In this document: positions 11,155 through 24,085 of the stretch, piece by piece | Layout of the letters: each line of letters opens with the position of its first letter | Numbering within the stretch: the stretch's first letter is position 1 | Assembly (NCBI GenBank): GCA_014905635.1 | Contig: JABVCE010000020.1 | Span: forward strand, 124,001-188,000 | Direction of reading: 5' to 3' | Source of the DNA: Scenedesmus sp. PABB004 | Taxonomy: Eukaryota | Length of the DNA stretch: 64,000 nucleotides | The notes under the pieces: model-generated | The model's database searches: none | What the model saw: only the letters and a program-made list of their open reading frames with translations | What the model was told of the DNA's origin: nothing | Translations under genes and position numbers: made by a program

Positions 11155-13674
11155 TCAGGGCGGGCAAATGCCGGCGACTTGGGTGTTGCGCAGCGGGTCT
11201 GGGTCCAACACCTTGCCGCTCGCCAGCTCGCTCACATCTACCAGCATGCTGCAGGTGCAGTTGGGCTGATAGTACAGCAGCGTTGAGTAACGCTCGGCCC
11301 ACGCGCGCGGGAGGCAGCCGGAGAGGTCTGGGTTGTCGCTGATGCCCAGATCGTAGAGCGTCATCGGTGCCCACGCTGCAGTTGGAAACTCGCCGCCCAA
11401 ACCGCAAGATCTTACGTCCAGCATGCCCAGGCGCATGCCGCTCCACTCGGGCGGCAGTGTGGCATTGAGCGGGTTGCCGGTGAGGTTGAGGCCGTACAGC
11501 GTCGTCTGCGAGGGCGATGACCAGTTACCCCACTCGGGCGGCAGCGGGCCGCGGAGCTGGTTGCCGGCGAGGTTAAGCGTGAAGCCCGCATAGCATCCTG
11601 CGGCAGCAGGCGAGGCGGCCGTGGGCTGCGGCTGGGATCGCCAGCGCGCCACGCGCCCAACACGCAGCCGCTGCCGCGCAGCCGCTGCCAGAGCAGGGGT
11701 TGCCCACCCTGGCAGAGGGGCCAGTTTGCCCAGGCGGCGGGCAGCGTGGAGGTGAGGGCGTTGTCCGACAGGTCAATGAGGCCAGCCCTGCGCCCCGGCG
11801 CCTCGGGCAGCGGGCCGGTGAGCTGGTTGTGGGCAAGGTTGAGGGTGGGGAATTCAACCTGATAGCAGTTCATGACCGTCGCCCATCCCGCCCAGTCGCT
11901 GACGCGGCCCGTCAGCTGCGGGGCGGCAGCACCGCGGCAGGGGAGCGCACAGGTCGGTGTGCACATATGCCGTCCGCGGTCAGCGAAACCCGCATGGGCC
12001 TGCCCTGCAAGCAGCACCTGCAGCAGCGCGCGCCGCGCCGCACCGCCCAGCCAGACGCCGCACCTGATTGTAGCTGAGGTCCACGCCCGGCACGTTGCTC
12101 AGCGCCCTGGCGGGGAGCGACCCACTGAGCGCGTTGTGCGACAGGTCCAGTTGCCTGAGCGCCGCCAGGCCGCCGGCCCAGGCCTCGGGGATGGGGCCGC
12201 TGAGTTTGTTGTACGACAGGTCCAGCCGCCACTCAATGCTGGCCAGGCCGCCCCATGCATCGGGAAGGGGCCCCGTGATGGCGTTGTGCGACAGGTCCAG
12301 CGTCGTGAGCGCCGCCATGCCGTCGCCCCAGGCGGCAGGCAGGGGCCCCGTGAGCGCGTTGCCGCTCAGGTAAAGAGTGGTCAGCGCCGCCATGCCGTCG
12401 CCCCAGGCGGCAGGCAGGGGACCGCCGAGCGCGTTGCCGTTCAGGTGCAGCTCTTGGAGCGCCGCCAAGCCGGCCCACGCCTCGGGCAGCGGGCCGCTGA
12501 GCGCATTGGCGCTCAAGTCGAGAGTCGTGAGCGCCGCCATGCCGGACCACGAGGCGGGCAGCGGACCGGTCAGCGCCAGGTTTTTGAGGCCCAGCTTCTG
12601 CAGCGAGGAGAGCGCGCCCCACGACGCCGGCAGCGTCCCGCCGATGGGGTGCGCGGGGTCTTGCTGTATGGTCAGCTCCACCAGCGCGGGCAGCGCGCCC
12701 GGTGCCACGTCGTTGCCCAGGGAGGTGAAGCGGTTGTTCATAAGGTCCACGCGCTCCACGCTCGGCGGCAGCGCCGTCAGCGGCGGCGCGCCGGTCATGC
12801 CCACATTGCCGAGGGAGAGGCCCTTGAGGCCGGTGAGGTTGCGCCACTCCGCGGGCCACGACGGGTCAGCGAGGCCGCTCCCTGCCTTGGTTTGGCCGTT
12901 GATGGTGATGCTCAGCCCCTCTAGCCCGGCGCCGAGCTCGGCCCACGCGCGCGGCAAGCGGCCGGTGCCTGCAACAGCAACGCCGACCCATTTCACCACT
13001 CGCGGCGTGCTGTCTGTGCAGAACACACCTTGCCAGGTGCACGGGTCTGTGTCGGGGCGCCACGTTGTGAGGAAGTTGGTGCCGAGCTGTCCTGGGGCCA
13101 GCTCCAGCAGGCCGCGCAGCAGCGCTGACGCCACCGGGTCGTCGGGGAGGGCGAGGGTCACGTTGCACGCGGCGATGCTCTTGGCGCCGGGGCCTGACGT
13201 TGTCGTCAGCGGGGGGCACGCCCGGCAGGGCTTGATGCCCTGCCCCGGCTTGGCGGAGCGCCACATGCCGGGCGGGCAGGGCGCACAGCGCCTGGCCTGC
13301 ACGTGGGGATCGCGCCCGTAGCCGGCCCGGCAGTCGCCGCAGGCCCACTCTGCCTGTGCGCCCTCGCCGGCGGTGTTGTAGCCCTTTCGGCAGGCCTGGC
13401 ACTTGGCGCCCAGCCCGCCTGGCGACCAGGTGCCGCGCTTGCACGGCGCGCACTCGCCGCCGCCCGCCGACACGCCGTTGCCGGGCGTACAGTTGGCCGC
13501 AGGCTCAGCTGTGGTGGCCAGCAGGCCACGAGAACCACTCACATCCGCCAGCAGGCCGCGCCTGGGCCCGCGCGCCGCCGCGCCGCCGGCCGGGGCGGCC
13601 GCGAGCAGCAGCGCCAGCGCCGCCGCCAGTGCGAGCGCGTGCCGCGCCAGCGCGCGGCCGCTGGGGCTGGGCAT
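11155..13674 (-). CDS. LRR cassette copy 2: intact secreted Cys-rich + LRR protein (PGIP/RLP-ectodomain-like, no TM or kinase)
   Basis: Continuous frame MPSPSGRALARH...DPCTWQGVFC (LRRNT cap)...repeated LTGPLPAAWGDGMAALTTLDLSHN; introns after SYNQ| and LCQG|; ends LRNTQVAGICPP*. Confidence 0.9.
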
Positions 13675-14229
13675 GACTGGCTGGGAGGCGGGGCGAGTGC
13701 GGGCGGGGCCTGCCGACCGCCCAGGGCGCGCTGCGACAGCGGATTGCCCGGGTTGGTCCCGCGCGCACGGTGGGCCGCGGCAGCGCACCGCTGGGCCGGT
13801 GCGGAGGTGACGGTGCGATAGAGGCGGGGCGAACGGCGCGGCTGCGCAGCGGCGGTGCGGCCTGGTCGAGCGGGGAGGGGCTCGCAAGCCCGAGCAGGGC
13901 CCCGGAAGCAGGGCCTGGCGGGCGCGTCCGGGGCTGGCGGCGCGGCTGGGCGTCTGGGCCGACCCACCACTGCGAACGGAGGCGGCCGCAGCCGCACGCG
14001 CAGCACGGGCGCGGCGTCACCGCAGCGCCGCCGCTGCTCGCGGGCGCTCCGCGAGCCGCGCGCTGGCGCAGCGGCCAGGCTGGGTCCGTGTGGGTCGCGG
14101 CGCTGATTGTGCCATTTGCAGCCAGGAAGCACCCACCCAAACGAATGCACGCGCGCGTGGCGTCGCCGCCGCGAGCACACGGCGCGAGGTCGCGCAATGC
14201 CCCCCGCCCTCCCCCCGCCGGCCGCTGTC

Positions 14230-17200
14230 TCACGCGCGGCGCGTGACCGTGAGCGGCAGGCCGTTGGCGGGCTGCGGCCCGATGCGCTGCCGCCAGGTGG
14301 TGTCGGTGTCGGCGGTAAAGTCGTACCCCCGCGCCAGCAGCGCCAGGAAGACCTGCAGAGCCGCGCGGGCGGGCGGGCGGGCGGCACGGGGTGGGCGGCG
14401 CGCGCCGTGCTGCCGCGCCCGGCTGCTGCACCCGGCCCGCCGCCAGCCGCGCGCCCCCGCGCCCCGCCGCCGCCAGCCCCGCCCCGCGCGGGGCAGCGCG
14501 TGTGCGAGTGTGCGTGCGTGCGTGCCTTCATCTCTGCCGTTGCCACCGCCCACCGCCCGCCCGCCTGCCTTGGCGCCTGCCTGGCCCGCTAAACCCTGAG
14601 CCCCCTAACACCTGCCTTCATCTCTGCCATTGCCACTGCATAGCCGGCGCAGAAGCGCGGCCCGCCGCCAAACGGCATCTGCCACCCCGGCCGCCCGCCG
14701 TCGGGGCCCAGCATGCGCTCCGGCCGGAAGCGCCACGCGTCGCCGTCGGCGTTGCCGTCGCCGCCGCCGGGCCAGCGCGGGTCAGAGCGGCTCAGCAGCG
14801 CGAGGGGCAGGAACAGGAACGAGCCGGCGGCGATGCTGCGGCGGGGGGAGTGACGCGGCGCGCGACGCGGCGGCGGGGCGGCGGGGCGGCGGGGTCGGCG
14901 GGGCCGCGGGGCGGGGGCGGGGCGACGCAGCGCGGCGCGGCGCGTGGGGGCGGCTGCATGTGCGGCACGCGCAGGGCGGCCGCGTGCGCGGCGCGCGGAG
15001 CCAGCTGGCGCTGGCCGCGCACCGGTAGCCGCCAAGCTCGAAGTCGCGCGCCGCGCGGCGCGTGAGCGCGGGCACGACGGCGCGCAGGCGCAGCGACTCC
15101 CTGCGGCGCAGCGCGGCGGCGGCGGCTTGCGCTGGGCTCGCGCGCGGGGGGCCGGGGCCGCGTGCGCGCGCCCCAGAACCAGCGCTCTCCCTGCCACCCG
15201 CTGGCTCCCACCAACACACGCGCACACACACGCGCCCGCACCTGATGACCGCGTCCGCCCACTCCATGTCACGCAGCGCGCTGCCGCTCAGCGCGGCGCC
15301 GTGCCGCGCCGCCAGCGCCTCCTGCTCCGCGCGCAGCCGCGCCCACGCCTGCGGGCGCGCGGCGGCGCGCGGGCTGGGCGCCGGCGCGCCCGCGCGCGCG
15401 CGCGCGCGCGGCCGGCTGCTGCGCCTGCGCCTGCGCCTGCGGCTGCACCTGCTGCTGTGCCTGCTGCTGCTGCTGCTGCGCCTGCTGCTGCGCAGCACCT
15501 GCGGGTGGTCTGACAGGTTGGCGATGATGGCGGTCAGCGACGAGGCGGACGTGTCGTGCCCGCTGCGCGCAGGCGGGCAAAGGTAGGGAGGCGGCGCGGC
15601 GCGGCGGCGTGGAGCGGTGCGGCGGTGCGGCGGCGTGCTCCCGCCCTGCCGTCCCCCGACTTTGCCCCGCACCCCCATGCGCGCGCGCGCTCCAGCCCCC
15701 AGCCATCGCCCCCCCTCACGCGAGGAGGAGCAGCAGCAGGTTGTCAGTGATCTCCTCGTCAGTGAGCCTGGTGTGTGTGTTGGGGGGGAGGGGGGGGGGG
15801 GGTGAGAAACACAACGGGGGCGCAGGGTTTGGGGTTAAAGGGTTGACCCCTCAAGCTCGAGGGTTGAGGGCGACGGTGCGCGCGAGCAGGCGGCGCGGGC
15901 GCCCGCGGGCGCGCACGTGTTGCCGCCGTCATCGACCGCCGCCACCAGGCCGCCCAGGATGCCGCCCACGGGCTGGCGCCGCGCGAGCGCTGCGCGCGCG
16001 CCGTCGACCGCGGCCTGCGCGGCGCCGCACGCGGCGGCGTGGGCGGCGCGCCTGCGTGCGCGCCCGCGCGGCGCCGCACCCCCCCCTCCCCCCCCCACAC
16101 ACACACACACACGCACACACAGACACACGCACGCACGCGCGCACACAGAGCACCCTGCGTGCCTGCAGCCAGGCGATGAGGTCGCGCCGCGCCGCGAGCG
16201 CGCGGCCGTAGCGCGTGAAGGGCAGGCTGACGTAGGGGAAGGCCAGCAGGCCGTCCGCCCAGGCCAGGTACAGGCGGCGCAGGCGCTGCACCTCGGCGGC
16301 CGGCGGGTCGGCGCCGAGGATGACCTGGAGAGGCGCCGGGGGGGGGGGGGGGGGGGGCAGGTCAGAGCGGCGTCAGGGTTCAAGGTTACAACCGTGAGGT
16401 TTAGGCGCCGCCCGCCGCCACGCTCGGACGCCCGGCGTCGAGCGCCGCCGAGCCGCCGCGCCGCCGCGGGGAGGACACGCAACGGCCGGGCGGGCCCGCA
16501 GCCCTCCGCCCTCCCTCACCCGCCACCCCTGAAGCCTAAACCCTAAACCCTGCCCGCGCACTGAGCCCCGCACCGCAATGATGAAAACAAAGGTCATCTC
16601 CTTGAAGCCGTCCGCCGCGCCGACCGCGCGCCCGGCGCCGCCGGCGGCCGCCCAGGCGGCCAGGTAGCGCCCGAGGACCTACGCGGGCGTGTGTGTGTGT
16701 GTGGGGGGGGGGGGGGGGAGGGGGGGGGAGTCAGTCGGTCTGTCACCTCGCCGGCGGCCGGCGGTCCCGCGCCCCGCCGCCCCGCCGCCCCGCTGCGCCG
16801 CCGCCGCGCCGCCCCGCCGCCGCGCCGCCCTGCCGCCCCGCCCCGCCGCCCCGCCGCCCCGCCGGGCGCGCCTCAGTCATGCGCGGCAGCAGCGCCTCGA
16901 TCGCTGCGGGGCTGAACGCGGGCATGATGAGCCCCCGCAGGTAGGCGTGGCGCGGCTCCTGCACGTTGACCAGGCTCTGCCGCCCCAGCAGCGCGCTGAA
17001 GCCCCGCAGCGCGCCGACGCCCTGCGCGACGTCGCCGCCGTCCGCCTCGGCCGCCAGCACCGCGCGGGCGAGGTCTCCGTCGGAGATCTGGATCTGTGCG
17101 GGCAGCCCGAGCTGCGCCGGCGCCGAGACGAGCGCGTGCGGCTCGGCCGAGGCGCGCTGGAAGCGCTCCGGGTCGAGGATCTGGAGCGGGCGCTGCCACC

Positions 17201-17621
17201 AGGCGTGCGCCGCGGGGGGCGGGGTCGGCAGCGCGGCCAGCACGGGGCAGCGCCCCGCGCCGGCGGCGGGCGCGGCGGCGGGCTCCGGCTCGACCGGCGC
17301 GGTCGCCGCGGCGCTGCCACCTGCGGGCGGGCGGGCGGGCGGCGGGGTCGCGCGCCGGTGGGCGGGAGGCCGCCACGCCAGATGGCTGCTGCTGCCGCTG
17401 CTGCCGGGAGCGCCGCTGCTGCCGGGGCTGCGAAGCCGCGGCGCCGCTGCTGCCGCTGCTCGCGCGCACGCCAGCGCACCACCGCGCTCGTAGCTGCGGC
17501 GCGTCCAGTTCTTCAGCGCCACGCGCGCCAGCTTGGGCGAGAACGGCGCGCTGCTGTGAGCGGCGGGCCGCTGCCCGAGCCGCGCGTGCGGCGGGCGCGC
17601 CGCCGCCGCCGCCATCGCCAT
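14230..17621 (-). CDS. Cytochrome P450 (CYP85-clan/CYP120-like), about 11 exons
   Basis: LIMPAFSP, LTDEEITDNLLLLL|AGHDTS (I-helix), ESLR (ExxR), FRPERM, heme motif FGGGPRFCAG, terminal PANGLPLTV. Confidence 0.93.
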
Positions 17622-17949
17622 CGCGACGCAGGGGCGGGCGCGCCCCTCACACGCCCGGCGGCTGGTGTGCTCGCTGCTCGCTGCTCGCAGCCCCCCGCGC
17701 TCCGCTGCCGGCGCGTGCGCCGGCGCTTGCGCCGGCAGCAGCGGCGTGTGTGGTGATGTAGGCGCGACAGGCGGGCGCCGCAGGTGAGCGGTGCGACCAC
17801 GGTGTCGGCCGCCGCCGGTACGGTCGGCGCCGCCGCAGCGAGCGCGTCGCGCCCGGCGGCGCCACTGAACCCCGAGTCGCGGTCGCCTTCGAGTGCTGCT
17901 GCCGCCCGCGGGTGCGTTGTGTAACAGGAGCGAGTTGCCGCAGCGAGCG

Positions 17950-18690
17950 GGGCTCAGCGCACCGCGCACACATTACCCGGGGGCCGTGCGCGCCGGCGCG
18001 GCATGCGTTTGGGTGGAGTAGTCGACCGGGGCAGGGGGGCAGGCGCGCGCGGGGGCCGTCCGCGTGGAGTGGCCGCCACGGCGTGGTTGTGAGGCAGAGA
18101 GGGAGCGTGGGTGTGTGCGCCGCGCGCCGGAGAGCCGTGCGCGCCGGCGCGGCGTGCGTTTGGGTGGAGTGGCTGACCGGGGCAGGCGCGCGCGGCCGCC
18201 GTTCACGGCTGCGCGGCCGCGGCGTGGTGCGTCGGCGCGAGGGTGCGTGGGTGGGTGCGCCATGCAACAGATGACTAGCAAGATGCCAACGGGTGTCTCC
18301 AAAGTGGGGGGCGGGCGGCACGTCAAGGTAGGTTTGACCAACCTTGGATCACAGGTGGCGGTGATGCGTGGGGGCCGTCATGCGACCATGGCTAGCGGCA
18401 GCGGGGCACCGCCAGGCCGGGGTGGCGGGCCCCGTGCCACTGCTATTGGTTCCGTGCGGGACGAAAGCTTCAACAAAGCAGTTGATTCCCCGTCGCGGGG
18501 CGCCGCGCCTGCGCAGGCGCGGCGCCCAGGGCACAGCCGCCAGCGGGAGAGCCTGCAGCTTGAAGGAGCCGTCAACTTCACAGCGCGGCCAGCCAGCCTG
18601 TCCGTGAGGCTTCTTCCACCAGGCAGTGCAGTGCATCCGAATGTGCGCGCGGGTCAGCGTCGGCAGCCCCCGCATGAAACGCCGCCGCAT
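17950..18690. repeat. Non-coding block, copy 1 (direct repeat of 23010-23782)
   Basis: Shared strings gccgtgcgcgccggcgcggcatgcgtttgggt, ggttccgtgcgggacgaaagcttcaacaaagcagttg, gtgcatccgaatgtgcgcgcgggtc, ccccgcatgaaacgccgcc. Confidence 0.9.
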
Positions 18691-19172
18691 GAAACAGTCC
18701 GCCAGCACCAGCGAGCATGCCGAGTGGTGGTGGCGCCAGAGCCCAGCCAGGTGGGGCGCGGGTGTGATCAGTGCTCCGCAGATTGGCCAAGGGGCCAGCG
18801 CTCGCCGCCGCAGTGCGCAGCAAGCAGTTCAGTGCGTGCCTCGCAGCGCGAGGGCCTTGGCCACACGCCCCTTACTCACCACCAGCCCACCAGCTCGCCA
18901 GCCCACCAGCACACCAACTGGTGGGCTCCACTTGCCTGAAAAGCGGCAGCAGTCATGTCCCGCAGCCAAGCATGCGGCACCGCGGCCGGTCCAAACCCAA
19001 AACCGGCCCCCCAGACAACGTTCGTGCGTCGCGCAGCCAGCTGCAACAGAGGCTTGCAGAGCAGTCTCGCAGCCCAGCCCCAGGCACCGTGAGCAGACAG
19101 CGGCCCACAGCGGGCAGCGCAGCGGCTAGTCAAGCGCGGGCGACAGATTGGTTGTGGCGGGCGGCCGCCGTT

Positions 19173-22100
19173 TCACAGCGGCTCGTCGCCGCCGCCGCCG
19201 TCTGCGGCCGCCGCGCCCTCGGCGGTCGGCGGCGCAGGAACGTACTTGAGCGCGATGCCGGAGAACGCGAGCGACCCCGGCACGCTGGTGTTGGTCTGCG
19301 GGCGCTGGTTCCAGCCCTGCTTCTGCCACAGCTCGGCGGGGTAGCCCCAGCCCTGCCGCTCCGCGGCGCGGTCGTTGAACGCGCCGACCGCGACGACGGT
19401 GGACGGCGACCCCGCGCTGGAGACCGCGACGAGCCTCTCCACGTCGCCCCCCGAGAACGGCGTGCCCCAGTAGCGGCCGTTGTAAGACATCACCAGGCCA
19501 TGCGACTCGCTGCCGGACTGCGACGACGCGCTCTGCGCGGCGGCGGGCGGGGCGGGCGCGGGCGGCGTCGCGGCGCCGCCGCGCGCGAGCAGCTGCAGCC
19601 ACGTGCGCGCGGCACCCGCCGTCGTCTGCACGCACGCGTGCGCGCCGCGCGTGCGCCGCGCCGCACCTGCCAGGTGCCGGCGGCGTAGATGTGCTCGTAA
19701 TCCACCGCCACGACGTCGCTCAGGCGCGCATACGGCAGCCCGCCCGCAGAGGCGTCGACGTGCTCCCACGTGCCTGTGCGGGGACGGGTGCGGCGCCGGC
19801 GGCGGCGCGCGGTCGGGCGGGCTGGTGGGAGGGCGGCCCCCGGGCGCTGGTGCGCCCTGCTCATCCCCGGAGCCGCCGCCCTGGAGCCCCCGGGGCGCGG
19901 CGCACCGTTGGTTGCGTTGTAGCTGAGGACCACGGCGCGCTGCTCGACGCGGCCACGGCTGGTGTAGCCGACTGCCCACGCGCCCTGCGCGTCCAGCGCC
20001 GCCACGCCGCGCAGCGTCGCGTTGCCCACCTCGACGGGCTCGCCCCAGCTGCGGGCCTGGTTCTGCCACCTGCGGCGGCGGCGTGACGCGGCGGCGGGTC
20101 AGTGACTCCTGCTAGAATGAATTGCGCTTGACAAAAAAGCATGAGTCATGCTGAAAGCGCCGTCAAGGGGCGCTTGCCCGCGCCGGCGGCCGGCGCGCAG
20201 CACTGCTGCTGCCGCGCCGCACTGGCCTGTAGATGTAGCCGTGCAGGTCGTTGGGGTCAGCCTCGTCCGCGGCGACCGCCCAGACCACGTCCGGCAGCGC
20301 GGCGATGCTCGTGATGTCGCGCCCGCCCGCCACGCTCACGTCGTCAAAGCCGCGGCCGTTCCAAAACAGAGCGGTGCCACCCTTGCCGCCAAACCACGCC
20401 TGGCGGCCGCGCGGCGCGCACGCACGAGGGCCGGCATCGGCGTGCGCGCGCGCAGACAAGGGCCTGCGCGGCTGCCGGCCGGGGCGCCGCCGCGCCGATC
20501 GCACGCAAGCGCGGCGCGGCGCGGCGCGGCGCGCGGCGCGCCTTGGTGTTTGAGAGCGCGGCGACGGCGAGCAGGTCGGGCGCGGCGGGGTCGGGCGCGC
20601 GCGCGACGGTCCACACGCCGGCAACGAGGCGTTTGATCAGCCCCTGCTGCCCCACCGCCCACGCGTTGTCTTCGTCCACGATGGCCAGATCATTCAGGTT
20701 GAGCGGCGTCGTGCCGTTGTCCTGCGCGCGGCGCGGCGGGGCCGACGCGGTCAGTCGGGCTTGCGGGCGGCAAAGCGCGGCGCTGGCGGGCGGCTCGTGA
20801 CCGCGGCGCGGCCGCGCGGCTGGCTGCGCGCCTGCACGATCCAGCGGGCGTTGCCGACGTCGCTCGGCCGGCGGGAGCCATACTTGAAGATCCAGCTGCC
20901 CGGCGGCGCGTCGACGGGCTGGCCAAGGGCGAGGCCGACGAGCTTGGCGGGCAAGCAGACCTTGGCGGTGCCGTCCCACCTGCAACCCGGCCACAGCGGC
21001 GGCGCCGGTCGCGCTCGGCAGGGGCGCGGCGGGTGGCCGCGTGACAGCGGGCGTCGCGGCAGGTTCACCGGATCCTCACATGTAGTAGTCGAGGCAGGTG
21101 CAGGAGTAGCTCTCGTTAAAGCGGATGGACACGCAGGAGTCGGGGATGGCGAATGCAATGTCGCGGCAGGGGTTGTCGCCGCACGCCGACGCTGCCAGCG
21201 GCGCGGCATGCCAGGGCGGGCGGCGCAGTGGCGTCAACGGGGCCCACGGAACGGCACGGGGCCAGGTGGACGCGCGCGGCGCCACGCAGCCCAGCACAGC
21301 ACGGCGCGGCGTGCCGCGGCGCACCGTCCTTGCAGTTGGCGGTCTGGTCCCACACCCACATTCCCGTTTTGTTGTCCGCGGCCAGCTGGCAGGTCGCAAA
21401 CGGCAGCGGGTCGCCAACGTACCTGCGGCGGCCACGCGGAGCTTTGCGGGACGAGCACGGGCTTGCGCACGCGCGCGTGGGGCGCGCACCCGTCGTCGCA
21501 CGTATAGCTGCAATTGGTTCCGAGTTCAGCTCCGTGGCGGCGGGGGAAGCAGGTGGCGTTGACGCGCGCGTGGTTGAACCCGGGCGGCCCGTAGCGGCAC
21601 AGTACCGGCGGCGGCGGGACGGGGATGCAGAGGCCGCCGATGTTGGTCGCCCACTTGCCCCAGCGCTTGTAGTACTGCGCACGCGCACGGCGGGCGTTGG
21701 CTCGTCGCAGGGGAGCGCGTGGTGTGGCGGCGGGGTTCAACGCTAGGGGCGCCCCCGGCCACCAAGCAGCGCGGCGGCGCGCACCTCCTCGTGGCAGTAG
21801 ACCCTCGGCGGGAAGGAGTAGCGCGGGGTGTAGTAGCCGGGCTTGCAGACGGCCGAGCAGTACTGGTTGGTGCGGGTGCCCATGCAAGACTGCGGCCAGG
21901 TCGCGGTCCAGTTCTTGGCGGTGTAGCCGGCGGGGTAGGGCGGGTGCCACTGCCATAGTGGCGGCGCGGACGAGCGGCGCGGCGGGCGGGGGCCGGCGGT
22001 GCGGCGGGCAGGCGGTGAGGCGAGGCAAGGCGCCGCGCGCGCGAGCGAGCGTCGGGCGCCACGTGGCGCCGCGCGGCTCGGGCGTGGCTGCTCGGCCCGA

Positions 22101-22283
22101 GTACCGCCCCCGGTGGCGCACATGGCAGGTCAGGTAGGCCTGCTCCGGCTTTGCTGCGGCGGGATCCGCCGCCGCCGCGGGCTCTGCAGCGGTGACCTCC
22201 GCGGCCTGCAGCGGCACCCGCGCCGCTGCCGCGGCAACCAGGGCCGCGGCGAGCAGGACGAGGTGCAGGTGCAGCCTGGCCAT
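19173..22283 (-). CDS. Secreted multidomain protein: two Sushi/CCP-like modules, an EGF-like module and a C-terminal beta-propeller-like region
   Basis: Signal MARLHLHLVLLAAALVAAAAA; CSAVCKPGY...C...GKW...C; CSYTCDDG|Y...C...GMW...C; CGDNPC...C...YSCTCLDYYM|WDGTAKVC; repeats of the LNDLAIVDEDNAWAVG / LRGVAALDAQGAWAVG type. Confidence 0.75.
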
Positions 22284-22706
22284 GTCGACGCGTCTCTGAG
22301 GGCGACTTGGATGCGGCTGTCGTGAGAAGCGGGTTGGGTGTGTTCCGCGTCGCTGGTCGGAGGGCGCAATTAGGCGCTGCAGGGGCGGTCGAGACACCTT
22401 GAGTTTACAGTCTACAGAAAGCACGGGCGGCGGAAGCACGCCGGCCAGCGGGCAGCGCGGGGGGCGACGCGGGCGCGAGGGATGGCTCCGCCCCGGGCTC
22501 GGCTCTCGGGCTGAAGCCCCTGGCCCTGTCGGCGTGCCCGGAGACGCGTCGTGGGCCCATAGTGCTGTCGCGACCATCAACACGAGGTGGACGGCTGCAC
22601 AGGCGCGGCGACGGCCGCCGACCAGGCCCGGCCGCTGCTGGCCGCGCCGCGCGGTGCGCCCGGCCCAGGCGGCGCCGCGGGGTGCACCGTCACAGGGCGC
22701 GCGCCC

Positions 22707-22776
22707 TCACTCTCGCCCCCGCCAGGCCAGCAGCTCCAGCGCCTGCGCTTGCGTGGCCGCGTCGCCCGCCGCGAGC
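22707..22776 (-). pseudogene. Orphan duplicate of the last ~22 codons of HISN7
   Basis: Encodes LAAGDAATQAQALELLAWRGRE*, near-identical to 25624-25693; 22400-22700 also matches 25340-25620. Confidence 0.85.
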
Positions 22777-23009
22777 CGGGCGGCTAGCGCCCGCTAGCCG
22801 CGTGAGCCGCCACAAAAGGAGCGCACGGCGCTTTCGTGGTGCTGCCCCTGGCTGTTAACGCGCACAGCCCCGCTCCGCTGCTGGTGCGGCGTCGGCTGCG
22901 GTGGCGGCGGTGTGGTGGTCGCGGCGCGTGGCGGCGCGTTGCGGCGGGTGCGGTTTGCTGGGGCAGCTGGTGCTCTCGCCGGCCCGCAGCTGTTGCACGT
23001 GGCGTCAGG

Positions 23010-23782
23010 GGGTCAGCGCGCCGCGCACACGTTGCATGGGGGCCGTGCGCGCCGGCGCGGCATGCGTTTGGGTGTGGAGTGGTTGACCGCGAGCGGGGCC
23101 GTCGACGCTTGAGCGCTCGAGCGGCCGCCACAGCGCGGTGGAGAGGGAGAGAGGGTGCGTGGGTGTGTGCGCCGCGCGCCGTAGAGCCGTGCGCGCCGGC
23201 GCGGCGTGCGTTGGATGCAGCGACTGACCGGACCGGGGTGAGGGGGCGCGCGGCCACCGTTCACGGCTGCGCGGCCGCGGCGTGGTGCGTCGGCGCGAGG
23301 GTGCGTGGGTGGGTGCGCCATGCGACAGATGACTAGCAAGCGGCCAGGCGCGCCGCCAGGAAAGCGGCGGGCGGGTGCGCCCCTGCCGCGGCATCATTTG
23401 TGGGTTGAGCCAACCTGCTCAGGTTGGGGCGGTGATGCGATGCAGTGATGAGCGGCGGTGATGCGTGGGGGCCGTCATGCGACCATGACTTGCGGCAGCG
23501 GGGCACCTCCAGGCCGGGGTGGCGGGCCCCATGCCACTGCTATCGGTTCCGTGCGGGACGAAAGCTTCAACAAAGCAGTTGGTTCCCTGTCGCGGGGCGC
23601 CGCGCCTGCGCAGGCGCGGCGCCCAGGGCACAGCCGCCAGCGACGAGCCTCCAGCTTGAAGGAGCCGTCAACAGTGCGGGGCGGCCAGCCAGCCTGTCCG
23701 TGAGGCTTCTTCCACCAGGCAGTTCAGTGCATCCGAATGTGCGCGCGGGTCGGCGTCGGCAGCCCCCGCATGAAACGCCGCC
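23010..23782. repeat. Non-coding block, copy 2
   Basis: Co-linear with 17950-18690, including the 30-bp palindrome. Confidence 0.9.
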
Positions 23783-24085
23783 AGTTGAGCAGCACCAGTT
23801 CACGTCATGCCTCGCTTGCAACGCTCTGGAGACCTTTGGTCACTCCCTGTCCCCTGCTCAGCACCAGTACACCTCAGCACCAGCACAGCCCCCTTGTGGG
23901 ACGAGCGACTCGTCCCGCGACCCACTGCACAGCACGAGGCACCGTGGGCGGTCAGGGCTCGCGGGCCGTTCCCACAGCTTGCTGGTCAAGCGCCAACGAC
24001 AGATAGGCGGAGGGCAGCCGCCCGGGCGCCCGGCGCGCCGCATGAGGGCGACCCCTGCCGCCTTATTGAGCGCACGCGCGGGCCG

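Noticed and set aside
16527..16551. Telomerase RNA template (ctaaaccct)
   Set aside because: One of many similar intronic tracts, with no visible snRNA-type promoter or terminator context
14230..17621. Introner-type repeated intron family
   Set aside because: Introns share composition but I saw no extended sequence identity or TIRs between non-paralogous introns
18440..18470. Hammerhead-like stem II followed by GAAA (gttccgtgcgggacgaaa)
   Set aside because: The required CUGANGA core is absent (ctgctattg / ctgctatcg) in both copies
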